Assembly (NCBI GenBank): GCA_963820825.1
Contig: CAWGBN010000008.1
Location: forward strand, 256,001 to 320,000
DNA: 64,000 nt
Source: Vulcanimicrobiota bacterium
GTDB lineage: Bacteria > Vulcanimicrobiota > Vulcanimicrobiia > Vulcanimicrobiales > Vulcanimicrobiaceae
Direction: 5' to 3'
Every line of letters starts with the position of its first letter. Positions within the stretch are counted from its first letter, which is position 1. The notes under the pieces are model-generated. The model did no database searches. It saw only the letters and a program-made list of their open reading frames with translations, and had not been told where the DNA came from. Below, piece by piece: positions 42,348-52,741 of this stretch. A program made the position numbers and the translations under genes.

Positions 42348-43408
42348 AGCCGGGCGATAACTGCCTCGGTGAAGGCATCGGTGGAAAGCGGTTCCGACGA
42401 GCCGCCGGCAAGCTCGGCGGTGCGTAAACCGTCGGCGTAGGTGCGTTCGATCGCGCCTTCGATGCGCGCGGCGCTCGGCTCGTCGTCGAGCGAATGGCGC
42501 AGCAGCATCGCCGCGGAGAGAATCGCCGCGGTCGGATTGGCGACGTTTGCGCCCGCGAGCGACGGAGCCGTTCCGCCGATGGGCTCGTAGAGCCCGAACT
42601 GCCGCCCCGGAGCGCCTCGCGCCCCCAGACTCGCGCTCGGCAGCGTGCCGATCGATCCGGTGAGAATCGCCGCCTCGTCGGAGAGAATGTCGCCGAACAT
42701 ATTCTCGGTGACGATCACGTCGAAGTCCCCCGGACGCGCGACGAGCTGCATCGCGGCGGTGTCGACGAGCAGGTGGTCGAGCCGCACGTCGGGATACTCG
42801 CTTGCGAGCGCGTTGACGACGCGCCGCCAGAGTCTCGAGGTCTCGAGAATGTTCTGCTTGTCGACCGAGGTGAGGTGTTTACGGCGCACGCGGGCGAGCT
42901 CGAAGGCAATCCGCGCGATCCGCGCGATCTCCGGCTCGCGATAGATCATCGTATCGACTGCCTCGTCGATGCCGTCGACGTTGCGCTGCTCTTTCGGCCG
43001 GCCGTAATAGATGCCGCCGGTGAGCTCGCGCACCACGAGCAGATCGAGCCCGCGTACGAGCTGCGGCTTGAGCGGCGAGGCTTCTTCGAGGCCCGGGAAG
43101 ACGCGCACCGGCCGAAGGTTCGCGTAGAGCTCGAAATCCCGCCGCAGAAGAAAGAGCGCGTACTCGGGGCGCTCCGGCAGCGGCTTGCCGTCGTACTGCG
43201 GAAGACCGACGCTACCGAAGAGAATCGCGTCGGCGCGCTCGCAGAGCGCGCGGGTCTCGTCGGGAAGTGCGGGCAATCCGGCGGCGAGTGCCGCACCGCC
43301 GACCAACGCTTCGCGCGCATCTACGTCGGGGCGTACGCAACGCAAGACGCGGACCGCCGCGCGCGTGACCTCGGGGCCGATTCCGTCCCCGGGCAGGACC
43401 GCGATCAA
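42344..43408 (-). CDS. leuB: 3-isopropylmalate dehydrogenase
   Basis: LPGDGIGPEV, ANLRP, RELTGGIY, SVDKQN, NMFGDILSDEA, ANPTAAILS. Confidence 0.95.
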   Translation of the reverse strand: MIAVLPGDGIGPEVTRAAVRVLRCVRPDVDAREALVGGAALAAGLPALPDETRALCERADAILFGSVGLPQYDGKPLPERPEYALFLLRRDFELYANLRPVRVFPGLEEASPLKPQLVRGLDLLVVRELTGGIYYGRPKEQRNVDGIDEAVDTMIYREPEIARIARIAFELARVRRKHLTSVDKQNILETSRLWRRVVNALASEYPDVRLDHLLVDTAAMQLVARPGDFDVIVTENMFGDILSDEAAILTGSIGTLPSASLGARGAPGRQFGLYEPIGGTAPSLAGANVANPTAAILSAAMLLRHSLDDEPSAARIEGAIERTYADGLRTAELAGGSSEPLSTDAFTEAVIARL

Positions 43409-43956
43409 TAGACGGTGATGCGGGTCGTATCGTCCTTGCGCGGCGCTTCCTTCGGAGGCTCGGGCTCGGGCGGCGTCACGACGCTCTGCGGCGCGCCGTT
43501 GACCGCGTTGCCGTCGATGCGTTCGAGCAGCGCCAAATGCGTCATCAGCAGACTGCGCAGTTCGCTGCGGGTCTTCTCCGCGGCTTCGATCGACCGCTGA
43601 TGCTCGCGCCGCACCTCGGCGATCGCGTCGTTATAGCCGGCAATCTCTTTCTCGCCGGCCAGGCGCGCCTGCTCGCGAATCAGATCGGCCTCTTTATGCG
43701 CCGACGCCTTGACCTCGTCGGCGGTGCGCTGCGCAAGCACGAGCGTATTCTGCAGCGACTCTTCCATCGCTTTGAAATGGCTGATGCGTTCTTTGAGATC
43801 GGCGATATCCGCTTCGAGCGCGGCGCGATGCTGCGCTTCGTCCTCGAGCGTCTCGATGATTTCGTCGAGGAACGCATCGACGTCGGCGCGCTCGTATCCC
43901 TGGAGCGCCTTCTTGAAGGTCTTGTGCTGAATGTCGACCGGGGTGATCTTCTGCAT
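43405..43956 (-). CDS. divIVA: DivIVA domain cell-division protein
   Basis: ITPVDIQHKTFKKALQGY...VDAFLDEI followed by coiled coil. Confidence 0.92.
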   Translation of the reverse strand: MQKITPVDIQHKTFKKALQGYERADVDAFLDEIIETLEDEAQHRAALEADIADLKERISHFKAMEESLQNTLVLAQRTADEVKASAHKEADLIREQARLAGEKEIAGYNDAIAEVRREHQRSIEAAEKTRSELRSLLMTHLALLERIDGNAVNGAPQSVVTPPEPEPPKEAPRKDDTTRITVY

Positions 43957-43966
43957 CTTTTATATC

Positions 43967-44377
43967 CTACGGGCGGTTGGCCATGAAATCGAACGTACCG
44001 TCGGCCGCCATCGAATCGCGCAAGCCCGCGGCGTTGACGACGATGCCGGCCGGAACGACGAGATAGATCGACTCGGCAAGCTTTTGGATCTTGCCGTCGA
44101 TCGTATACGCAACGCCGGAGGTGAAGTCGACGACGCGCTGCAAGAGGGTGCGGTCCGCGTTCTGCAAGTTGACGATGACGACCTGACGGTTTCTCAAGGC
44201 ATCGGCGATTTCGACGACGTCCTGATAACTCCGCGGTGAGAAGACGCTTACTTGATTGCCGCCGCGCCGCGCTGCGGCCGAGAGCGGCACGACGCGCGAC
44301 GAGGTCTCGTCCTCGTAGAATTCGTCCTCTTCATCGCGGATCGAAAAGAACGACCCAATCTTGCTGAACATACTCAC
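43967..44377 (-). CDS. sepF: Cell division protein SepF
   Basis: PRSYQDVVEIADAL..VIVNL..RVVDFTSGVAYTIDGKIQK. Confidence 0.93.
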   Translation of the reverse strand: MSMFSKIGSFFSIRDEEDEFYEDETSSRVVPLSAAARRGGNQVSVFSPRSYQDVVEIADALRNRQVVIVNLQNADRTLLQRVVDFTSGVAYTIDGKIQKLAESIYLVVPAGIVVNAAGLRDSMAADGTFDFMANRP

Positions 44378-44387
44378 AGCGTAACCT

Positions 44388-44408
44388 TCCTTCGACTCAG
44401 CTCAGGAT
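44388..44408. repeat. Degenerate copy of the CTGAGC..GTCGAAG palindromic repeat
   Basis: Reverse complement ATCCTGAGCTGAGTCGAAGGA matches the core of the copies at 52024, 58222 and 60741. Confidence 0.5.
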
Positions 44409-45064
44409 CGCGAACCAAAGAGCGCTTCGCCGATGCGTACCATCGTAGAGCCTGCCTGCACCGCTTCGCGCCAATCGCCCGACATGCCGATCGAGAGCGT
44501 ACTTCCACCAATGCGGGCCAACGTCATGGCTGCAAGCTCGAATGCGCGCAAGATTGCATCGCGGTCGGCGCCGAGCGGCCCGATCGCCATGATCCCATCG
44601 AGGCGCAGGCCCGGCTGCTCGCGCAGCGCCTCGGCGAGCCGCTCGGCCTCGGCGGGCGGACAGCCGAAACGCTCGATCGGCGAGATATTGAGTTGCATCA
44701 GCACGGGCAGCTCCTTTCCAGCCTCGACCGCCGCCTTCGCGAGCGCCGCTCCGGCGTTCGCGCGGTCGACGCTCTGCACGACGTCGAATGCATCGACGAC
44801 TGCCTTGGCTTTGTTGGTCTGGAGATGGCCGACGAAGTGCTTACGCACCGGCGGCAGCGATGCAAATTTGCGGCGTGCCTCCTGCAGGTAGTTCTCGCCG
44901 AGATCGGTCAGCCCAGCGTCGATCGCGGCTGCGATCGTCTCAACCGGTTGCCCCTTACCGATTCCGACCAGGGTGACGCCGGCGGGATCGCGGCCGCAGC
45001 GGCGGGCCTCATCGTCGATCGCGCGGCGCAGCGCCCGATACCGCTCGCCGGCGCCCTCAGCCAC
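44402..45064 (-). CDS. yggS: YggS family pyridoxal phosphate homeostasis protein
   Basis: LGENYLQE, HFVGHLQTNK, QSVDR, LSIGMSGDW..A...GSTMVRIGEALFG. Confidence 0.93.
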   Translation of the reverse strand: MAEGAGERYRALRRAIDDEARRCGRDPAGVTLVGIGKGQPVETIAAAIDAGLTDLGENYLQEARRKFASLPPVRKHFVGHLQTNKAKAVVDAFDVVQSVDRANAGAALAKAAVEAGKELPVLMQLNISPIERFGCPPAEAERLAEALREQPGLRLDGIMAIGPLGADRDAILRAFELAAMTLARIGGSTLSIGMSGDWREAVQAGSTMVRIGEALFGSRS

Positions 45065-45917
45065 GCGCCGGCTGCGCCGGGACCGGAGCAACTTCGGTTC
45101 GCGGACCCGGGCGCGTCGCGCAGTAGGCGATGCCGATGATGCCGATGACGATCATCGGCAGGGCGTAGAGCTGCCCGCCGGTGAGGCCCATGAAGCTAAA
45201 CGCCGTCTGGCGCCACATCTCGGCGATCGTTCGGGTGATGCCGTAGAGCGTGAACCAGGTCCACGCGACGACGCCGTCCTTGGGCTTGAGCCGGTAGAGG
45301 ATCAGCAGAATCGGCAGCGTCAAGATATCGAGAATCGCCTCGTAGATCTGCGAGGGATGACGGTAGACGCCGACGCCGTTGACCGTCGGCGCCGAAGGGA
45401 AGACCATGCACCAGGGCCGGTCGGGGCTGCAGACGTCGCCCCAGAGCTCGTCGTTGATGAAGTTCACGATCCGGACGAGGGTGATGCCGACCGGCAGCAT
45501 CATCACGACCTCGTCGGCCAGGACGATATACTTCAATCCCGGATGCTTGCGAATGAAGAGCCAGAGCGCCACCACAACGCCGACGAGGCCGCCGTGGAAG
45601 GCCATGCCGCCGTTCCAGACCGCGATAAAATTGATCGGATTCGAAACGTAGAACGAGGCGTCGTGCATGCTGATGATGTCGTTGATGACGAAGAACGTTC
45701 GTCCGCCGACGAGCACGCCGACCAGCGCGTAAAAGAGGAAATCCTGAATCTGCTCCCGGGTGAGCCCGAGGCGCCTGCGCCCGGCCGGACGGCTCATCCA
45801 CAGGTAGACGCAGAGAAACGCAACCAGATAGGCGATTCCGTACCAGTGAATGCCGAAGCGCCCGAGATGGATCGCGACGGGGTCGATGTTTGTCGGATAG
45901 GTAAACCAGTGCTGCAT
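45057..45917 (-). CDS. lgt: Prolipoprotein diacylglyceryl transferase
   Basis: IHWYGIAY, GGR, GGMAFHGG, RIVNFINDELWG, RHPSQIYE. Confidence 0.96.
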   Translation of the reverse strand: MQHWFTYPTNIDPVAIHLGRFGIHWYGIAYLVAFLCVYLWMSRPAGRRRLGLTREQIQDFLFYALVGVLVGGRTFFVINDIISMHDASFYVSNPINFIAVWNGGMAFHGGLVGVVVALWLFIRKHPGLKYIVLADEVVMMLPVGITLVRIVNFINDELWGDVCSPDRPWCMVFPSAPTVNGVGVYRHPSQIYEAILDILTLPILLILYRLKPKDGVVAWTWFTLYGITRTIAEMWRQTAFSFMGLTGGQLYALPMIVIGIIGIAYCATRPGPRTEVAPVPAQPARG

Positions 45918-45936
45918 TACAAACCACTATCGGCGC

Positions 45937-46668
45937 ATGACCGCGACGACGCATATTACCGCCGGCATCGCCTTCCTTGCGGGCCTCGTTTCCTTCGTCT
46001 CCCCGTGCGTCCTCCCGCTCGTGCCGGCGTACCTTTCGTTGCTGACGGGGGAGAGCGTCGAAGATCTCCAGACCGAGCCGACGGCGCAGGCAAGGATTCA
46101 AACGCTCGCACACGCCGTCGCGTTCGTCATCGGCTTTAGCCTCATCTTCATCGCGCTCGGCCTGAGCGCCAGCGCGCTTGGCGGCGCGCTCGCCGCCAAC
46201 CGCGTCCTTATCGCGCAGATCGGCGGCGTGATCGTCGTCGTGCTCGGCCTGCACATGATGGGGATGATCCGGATTCCCTGGCTCATGATGGATGCCCGGC
46301 TGCACCTCACCCACGATCGCGCTACCTTTTGGACCTCCGGCATCGTCGGAATGGCCTTCGCGGCGGGCTGGTCGCCGTGCATCGGACCGATTCTGGCGGG
46401 AATTCTCGCGATTGCGTCGCAGCAGCATAGCGCGCAAGCCGCGCTTCTGCTCGTCTTCTACTGCCTCGGTCTCGCCGTGCCGTTTCTCATTACCGCCGGC
46501 GCCGTCGGTGCCGTGCTGCCCTTGCTGCGCCGCATTCGGCCGTCGTTACGAGCGATCGAGTTCGGCGCGGGCGCATTTCTGATCGTCGTCGGATTGGTAC
46601 TTGTCAACGATGCATTCCTCAACGTCGCCGGATGGTTCTACCAATTTGTCCCGCAACCGAAACTCTAA
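45937..46668 (+). CDS. ccdA: Cytochrome c biogenesis protein CcdA
   Basis: SFVSPCVLPLVPAY and GWSPCIGPIL. Confidence 0.93.
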   Translation: MTATTHITAGIAFLAGLVSFVSPCVLPLVPAYLSLLTGESVEDLQTEPTAQARIQTLAHAVAFVIGFSLIFIALGLSASALGGALAANRVLIAQIGGVIVVVLGLHMMGMIRIPWLMMDARLHLTHDRATFWTSGIVGMAFAAGWSPCIGPILAGILAIASQQHSAQAALLLVFYCLGLAVPFLITAGAVGAVLPLLRRIRPSLRAIEFGAGAFLIVVGLVLVNDAFLNVAGWFYQFVPQPKL

Positions 46669-47134
46669 CTTAATCAACAGCCTCGTTATCGCCGCGGTCG
46701 CGGTATTGGTCCTATGGGCCGATCAGGTGACGAAGCGGATGATCGCGAGGGAGTGCGTGCCGGACTTCCCGGCCTGCCGCACGGTCATTCCGCACTTCTT
46801 GCGGATCACGTACGAACGCAACGTGCACGGCGCCTTCGGGCTCTTCGGCAACAATGCCGTGCTGCTGATCGCGATGGCGATCGTCGTTCTGGTCCTCTTC
46901 TGGTACAGCTTCCGCGACGCCGCCGCGCGCTCGCTCACGGTTCGAATCGCCTTCGGCATGATCGTCGGCGGCGCGATCGGCAATATCGTCGATCGGCTCC
47001 ACTACGGATACGTGATCGACTTCATCGACTTTTACCGAATCTGGCCGAACATCTTCAACGTCGGCGATTCGTGCATCACCGTCGGCGTCGGGTTGCTGCT
47101 GCTCTCGAGCCTTGTTACACGTCGTCACCGCTGA
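46646..47134 (+). CDS. lspA: Signal peptidase II
   Basis: DQVTK, N.HGAFG, GGAIGNIVDR...VIDFI, FNVGD. Start uncertain (TTG 46646). Confidence 0.92.
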   Translation: MSRNRNSNLINSLVIAAVAVLVLWADQVTKRMIARECVPDFPACRTVIPHFLRITYERNVHGAFGLFGNNAVLLIAMAIVVLVLFWYSFRDAAARSLTVRIAFGMIVGGAIGNIVDRLHYGYVIDFIDFYRIWPNIFNVGDSCITVGVGLLLLSSLVTRRHR

Positions 47135-48014
47135 CGAAGCGGGCACGCGCACCGACGTCCTCGTCGCCTCGCTCTCAGGCGCCTCACGAACGCAAGCGGC
47201 GCTAAGCGCCAAACGCGGCGAGGTGCTCGTCAACGGCGTTCCGGCAAAGCCGAGCACGCCGCTCGAAGCGGGCGATTCGCTCGAGTTCGACGTGCGCGAG
47301 CCGCCCGCGCTCGTCGCATATCCCGAGCCGATCGCGCTGAAGATCCTCTACGAGGACGACGACCTCCTCGTCGTCGACAAGCCCGCGGGCATGGTCACGC
47401 ATCCGGCGCATGGGACGACGAGTGGGACGCTCGTCAACGCCGTGCTCGCGCACGTTCGCGGAAATCTACCCGGCGACGTCCTGCGCCCGGGGCTCGTGCA
47501 CCGTCTCGATCGCGATACCTCCGGACTGCTCGTCGTCGCCAAGAACGACGAAAGCCTGCGCAAGCTCGGCGCTGCGATGAAAGCGCGGCGCATCGAGCGT
47601 GAGTATCTCGGGCTCGTGCGCGGCGTTCCGCAGAATCCGCGCGGCACGATCGAAGGCCCGATCGGACGCGATCCGCGCAATCGCTTCAAATATGCGATCG
47701 TCGCCGACGGCAAACCGGCGATTACGCACTACGAGCTCCGCGAAGCCTTTGCCAAACACGCCGAGCTTATCTTTCGCCTGGAGACCGGACGCACGCACCA
47801 AATCCGCGTTCACCTCGCCGCCGCCGGCTACCCGATTCTCAACGATCCGGTCTACGGCAAGAGAGAGGCGCGCTTCGAACTTCCGGGACAAGCGCTCCAC
47901 GCGTGGCGGCTCGCATTCCGTCACCCGCGTACGCGCGAGCCGATGGAGTTCGAATCCGCGCCACCCCCCGCGTATCTGCAGGCCCGCGCACTCGTGTCAT
48001 CCGGACCGGACTGA
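47112..48014 (+). CDS. rluD: RluA/RluD family pseudouridine synthase
   Basis: S4 domain, VDKPAGMVTHP, HRLDRDTSG, LETGRTHQIRVH, QALHA. Confidence 0.93.
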   Translation: MLHVVTADEAGTRTDVLVASLSGASRTQAALSAKRGEVLVNGVPAKPSTPLEAGDSLEFDVREPPALVAYPEPIALKILYEDDDLLVVDKPAGMVTHPAHGTTSGTLVNAVLAHVRGNLPGDVLRPGLVHRLDRDTSGLLVVAKNDESLRKLGAAMKARRIEREYLGLVRGVPQNPRGTIEGPIGRDPRNRFKYAIVADGKPAITHYELREAFAKHAELIFRLETGRTHQIRVHLAAAGYPILNDPVYGKREARFELPGQALHAWRLAFRHPRTREPMEFESAPPPAYLQARALVSSGPD

Positions 48015-48040
48015 AGCTGTGCCGCGGAGAATAGCACATA

Positions 48041-48172
48041 GTGCAACCAGACGACCCGCTCTTGGACCCTGCGTTTCGCGCGCGCGCACAACGGCGGATT
48101 CGAGGCACACGCGATGGAACTGAACAGCGACTTCAGCGATCTGTTGCGCGCGTTCTTAAGCGCCGGCGTTGA
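48041..48172 (+). CDS. Small basic ORF (43 aa) overlapping the nucleotidyltransferase start
   Basis: GTG...EQRLQRSVARVLKRRR*. Arrangement resembles the small partner genes that precede such NTases. Confidence 0.4.
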   Translation: MQPDDPLLDPAFRARAQRRIRGTRDGTEQRLQRSVARVLKRRR

Positions 48173-48469
48173 GTTTCTGGTCGTCGGCGCTCACGCGTTG
48201 AGCGTCCACGATCGCGCTCGGGCAACCAAGGATCTGGACGTTTGGATCAGATCGGTGTTGCCCCAATACGCATCGACGTGCTGACCTCGATCACCGGCGT
48301 GACGTTCGACGAAGCGTGGCCGAGTCGAATCGAAGTCGAACGAGATGGAATGATCGTGCCGGTTATCGGCGCTGAAGAATTCCTAAGGAACAAAGAAGCG
48401 ACCGGGCGCGACCAAGACCGCGTCGACGCGAGGCGCGTGCGCCGGCGCCTCGGCCGCGACCAAGACTAG
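48114..48469 (+). pseudogene. Nucleotidyltransferase-family protein, frameshifted and apparently internally deleted
   Basis: Frame 1: MELNSDFSDLLRAF..VEFLVVGAHAL..RATKDLDVWI. Frame 2: QIGVAPIRIDVLTSITGVTFDEAW..NKEATGRDQD. Confidence 0.7.
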
Positions 48470-48472
48470 CTG

Positions 48473-49564
48473 GTGACGCCTGGATTTACTCTTCTAACGC
48501 GCGATGGCGGGGCGCGGCGCGGGCGCCTGCGATTCGCACACGGCGACGTCGAAACGCCGTGCTTCATGCCGGTCGGCACAGCGGCGACGGTCAAAGGGCT
48601 GACGCCTGCGGAGCTGCGCGAGGCGCAGGCGCAGATCGTCCTGGCGAACACGTATCATCTCTGGCTTCGCCCGGGTCTCGAGACGCTCGAGCACGCCGGT
48701 GGGCTCCATCGCTTCATGGCCTGGGATCGTCCGATACTTACCGATTCGGGCGGCTTTCAAGTCTTCAGTCTTGAGAGCCGGCGCCGCCTCGACGACGACG
48801 GCGTAACGTTCGCGTCGCACCTCGACGGCAGCGAGCATCGGTTTACGCCGGAGAACGTCGTCGCGTTTCAGCAGCGCATCGGCAGCGACGTTGCGATGGT
48901 GCTCGACGTCTGCGTAAAGTTGCCGGCGACGCGCGAGCAACTCGAAGAGGCGGTGCGCTTGACGACCGCGTGGGCGCGCCGTTGCGCGGCCGCTCCGGCG
49001 CGCGACGCAACGCGGCTCTTTGCGATCGTCCAGGGCGGCCTCGATCGCGCCTTGCGCGAGCGCAGTGCGCGCGAGCTCGTCGAACTCGACTTCCCCGGCT
49101 ATGCGATCGGCGGTCTCTCGGTCGGCGAGACGCGCGAAGAGATGTACGAGACCGCTGCCTTCACCGCCGCGCTTCTGCCCGAGGAGAAGCCGCGCTACTT
49201 GATGGGCGTCGGAACGGTACGAGATCTGATCTCGGCGATCGACGGCGGCATCGATCTCTTCGATTCGGTCTACCCCACCCGCTGCGGCCGCAACGGCCGC
49301 GCGATGACCCACGGCGGCGAGCTGAATCTCTTCAACGCTCGGTTCGTGCGCGACACGACGCAGCTCGATCCCCAGTGCGACTGCTCGACCTGCACCACGT
49401 ATTCACGCGCCTATCTCGCGCACTGCTTTCGGGCGAAGGAGATGCTCGGACCGCGTCTGCTCTCCTACCATAACGTCTACTTCCTCAACGCGCTCATGCG
49501 CGAGGCTCGCGCGGCGATCGAGTCGCGCGGTTGGGAGCGATTCCGCGAAGAAACGGGCGCTTAG
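48473..49564 (+). CDS. tgt: Queuine tRNA-ribosyltransferase
   Basis: TPCFMPVGT, LANTYHL, TDSGGFQVFSL, GGLSVGE, YLMGVG, CDCSTC zinc site. Confidence 0.97.
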   Translation: MTPGFTLLTRDGGARRGRLRFAHGDVETPCFMPVGTAATVKGLTPAELREAQAQIVLANTYHLWLRPGLETLEHAGGLHRFMAWDRPILTDSGGFQVFSLESRRRLDDDGVTFASHLDGSEHRFTPENVVAFQQRIGSDVAMVLDVCVKLPATREQLEEAVRLTTAWARRCAAAPARDATRLFAIVQGGLDRALRERSARELVELDFPGYAIGGLSVGETREEMYETAAFTAALLPEEKPRYLMGVGTVRDLISAIDGGIDLFDSVYPTRCGRNGRAMTHGGELNLFNARFVRDTTQLDPQCDCSTCTTYSRAYLAHCFRAKEMLGPRLLSYHNVYFLNALMREARAAIESRGWERFREETGA

Positions 49565-49938
49565 GGCGCCGGAGGCGATTCGGCCTCGCCGAGGCGCGGC
49601 GCGACGTTACGCAATATCCTCGCGCTCTCATCGGCTGCCGACTTGGCCGACTCCGCGATCTTGCGCGTCTGCTGCACCTCTTTTTCGAGGCGGTCGAGCG
49701 TCACCGTTACGGAGTCTTTGCCGATCGTCACCGACTTCACGAGTGGGACGATCGCAGGCAAGATCAAGAAGAGGACCGCGACCGCGATATAGACCAGCGT
49801 CGTGCCGTCGATCGTGAGTCCGTTATTCGTCGTTCGCGCCCAGCAGAGATAGATGAGGACGCCTGCGCCCGCCACGAGCCAGAACGTTCCCCAGAGCGAC
49901 AATCTGTGCTGGTCGCCGCCGTTTGCACCATTAGCCAT
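49561..49938 (-). CDS. Hypothetical membrane protein with C-terminal coiled coil
   Basis: Two TM segments; overlaps the ileS stop by 8 nt. Confidence 0.6.
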   Translation of the reverse strand: MANGANGGDQHRLSLWGTFWLVAGAGVLIYLCWARTTNNGLTIDGTTLVYIAVAVLFLILPAIVPLVKSVTIGKDSVTVTLDRLEKEVQQTRKIAESAKSAADESARILRNVAPRLGEAESPPAP

Positions 49939-52733
49939 GTACTGCTCCTCGCACGACCTGCGCGCACTCGGCGCAGATCAAAGGATGATCCGGGTCGGTT
50001 CCGAGCTCGCGGTACTTCCAGCAGCGCACGCATTTCGCGCCTACGGCCGCAGTAAGCTCGAGTGCGATGACGCCTTCGTCCGATTCGTCGCCGGCGGAAC
50101 TCTGTACGAGCTCGAGTTGCGAGACGACGAGCGCTTCGCGAAGGTTATCGCCCAGCGGCGCGAGCCGCTTGTACGCAGCGGGAGTTACCGTTAGGCGAAG
50201 CTGCGCCTCGAAGTCGCGCGGCGAGGAGACGCTCGCGACGCGTGCCCGAAGCGCGCGCAGCTGCTGCCAGAGGCGCAGGTCGCCTTCGGCTGCCGCGCCG
50301 CGGTGGCGCCCGGCGTCGAAGGAGGTGTCGAAGATGCTCTCCGCGTCGCCGCGCAGCGCGCGGGGTACGGCCTGCCAGGCCTCTTCCGCAGTAAAAGAGA
50401 GCACCGGCGCGAGCACGGTGAGAAAGCGGGCGAGCACGTAGAGCAGCGCCGACTGCGCGCTGCGCCGGCGCGGATCGTTCGCGGCGCGCGAGTAGAGCGG
50501 GTCCTTGAGCGCGTCGAAGTAGAGGCTCGACACTCCGCTCTCGAACTCGACGATGCGCAGGTAGGCATCGTGAATCTCACAGGCGTCGTATGCGCTCTTG
50601 ACGTTTGCGACGAAGGCGTCGGCCACCGTACAGGCAAGACGATCGATCGGCTCCATCTTTTCGCGTGCCACGATCTCGTTCTCGGGTAGATCGTCGAGAT
50701 TGGAGATCATGAACCGCATCCGGTTACGCAGATTGCGATAGACGCGCCCGACCTGCTCGACGACGTTAGGCCCGAAACGCACGTCGTCGATCGGCTCGAC
50801 CGATGCCGCCCAGAGCCGCAGCACGTCGGCACCCCAGCGATTCATCGCGTCGATGGCGTCGATGCCGGTGCCGGTCGATTTCGACATCGGGCGGCCTTCC
50901 TCGTCGTTGACCCAACCGTTCTTCAGCACGCGGCGATACGGCGCGCGTCCCTTGATCGCGACCCCGGTGATCAGCGAACTGCGAAACCAGCCGCGGAATT
51001 GATCTCCGCCTTCGAGCACCATGTCGCTCGGCCACGGCAGGCCGTCGCGGCCAAGCACCGCGAGATGTGTTACGCCGGATTCGAACCAGATGTCGACGAT
51101 GTTCTTCTCTTTTTCGAAACGCGTGCCGCGGCACTTCGGGCAGGCGAAACCGGGCGGTAGATAGGTCTCGACGGGATCGCTCCACCACGCGTCGGCGCCG
51201 ATTTCGCCGAATCGCTTCGCCGCGAGCCGCGCGACTCGCGCGTCGAGAATCGCCTCGCCGCAATCGAGACAGACCAGCGAGGGAATCGGCGTTCCCCACG
51301 TGCGTTGACGCGAGAGACACCACTCGGGATGCGTTTCGATCATCTGGCGCTGGCGCGCGCGTCCCCATTCCGGAACGTACTCGACGTCGTCGGTCGCATC
51401 GATCGCACGCTGTCGCAGCAGGTTCTGATCCATCGCGAGAAACCACTGCGCGGTCGCGCGGAAGATCACCGGATTGTGGCAGCGCCAGCAATGCGGATAG
51501 GAGTGCTCGTACTCCGCAGCGCTCCAGAGCGCGCCGCTCGATTGTAGGTCTTCTACGATCTTCACATTGGCGGTAAAGATGTTCGTGCCCGCGTACGGCC
51601 CGGCCTCAGCGGTGAAGCGTCCGGCCGCATCGACCGGATTGAGAATCGGCAATCCGTATCTCATCCCGGTATCGAAGTCGTCGGCGCCGTGGCCGGGCGC
51701 GGTATGCACCACCCCCGTTCCGGTTTCGAGATCGACGTAATCGGCCAGCACGACGACCGAATCGCGATCCATGAAGGGGTGGCGCACCGCAAGGTCGTCG
51801 AGCTGCGCGCCCGTGGCGCGACCGATCTGCGTCGCGCGCGCGAAGCGATCGCCGAGCGCTCGTTCCGCGAGCGCTTCGGCGACGATCACCGCTTCGTCGT
51901 CCACGCGATAGAGGCCGTAGGTCGCTTCGTCGCGGACCGCCAGCGCGACGTTCGCCGGGAGCGTCCACGGGGTCGTCGTCCAGATAAGGAACGAAACTCG
52001 TGAGGGCGGCGCGTCACCAGCGTTGTCATGCTGAGCCTGTCGAAGCATGACACGGTTATAGATCCGCTCAGCCTGCTCGGGGGTCGCGGTGAAGCGGACG
52101 TAGATCGACGGCGAAATGCGCTGCTCGTACTCGATCTCGGCTTCGGCGAGCGCGGTTTCGTCGTGGATGCACCAGAGCGTCGAGCGCAATCCTTTGTAGA
52201 TCTGTTGCCGTTCGGCGAGATCGGCGAGTGCGTTGACGATCGTAGCTTCGAAGGAGGGATCGATCGTGCGGTACGGGCGATCGAAAAGGCCGAAGTTGCC
52301 CATACGTACCCGATGCTCGCGCTGGCGGTCGAGCCAGAAGAGCGCGCGTTCTTTGCAGCGCGCGCGCAGCTCGAGCGGATCGATCGTGTGAAAATCGGTG
52401 ATTCCCAGAAACTTGAGCGTTTCGTACTCGATCGGCAGGCCGTGCATATCCCATCCGGGCACGAACTTCGCGTACTTGCCGTCGAGCAGCGCGATCTTCA
52501 CGAACATGTCTTTGAGCACCATGCCCAGCATCGTGCCCATGTGCGGGTTGCCGTTGGCGTAGGGCGGACCGTCGTGGAGAATCCATGGTCCGTTGGCGGC
52601 GTTGCGTTCCAAGCGCCGCTCGTAGGTGGCGTGCTCCTTCCACCAAGTCACGCCGCTCCGGCTCGCGCTTGGGCAGCTCGGCCTTCATCGGGAAGTCGGT
52701 CTTCGGGAGATTTAAGGTTGCGCGATAATCCAT
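49931..52733 (-). CDS. ileS: Isoleucine--tRNA ligase (type 1), frameshifted near 52652
   Basis: MDYRATLNLPKTDFPMKA N-terminus in one frame. DGPPYANG, WTTTPWT, GTGVVH, WCLSRQR, MSKS and C-terminal CVRC/CAEC in another. Confidence 0.96.
52024..52052. repeat. 29-bp palindromic repeat inside ileS
   Basis: TGTCATGCT-GAGCCTGTCGA-AGCATGACA, with perfect 9-bp inverted arms. Confidence 0.8.
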
Positions 52734-52741
52734 CGTCTCGA

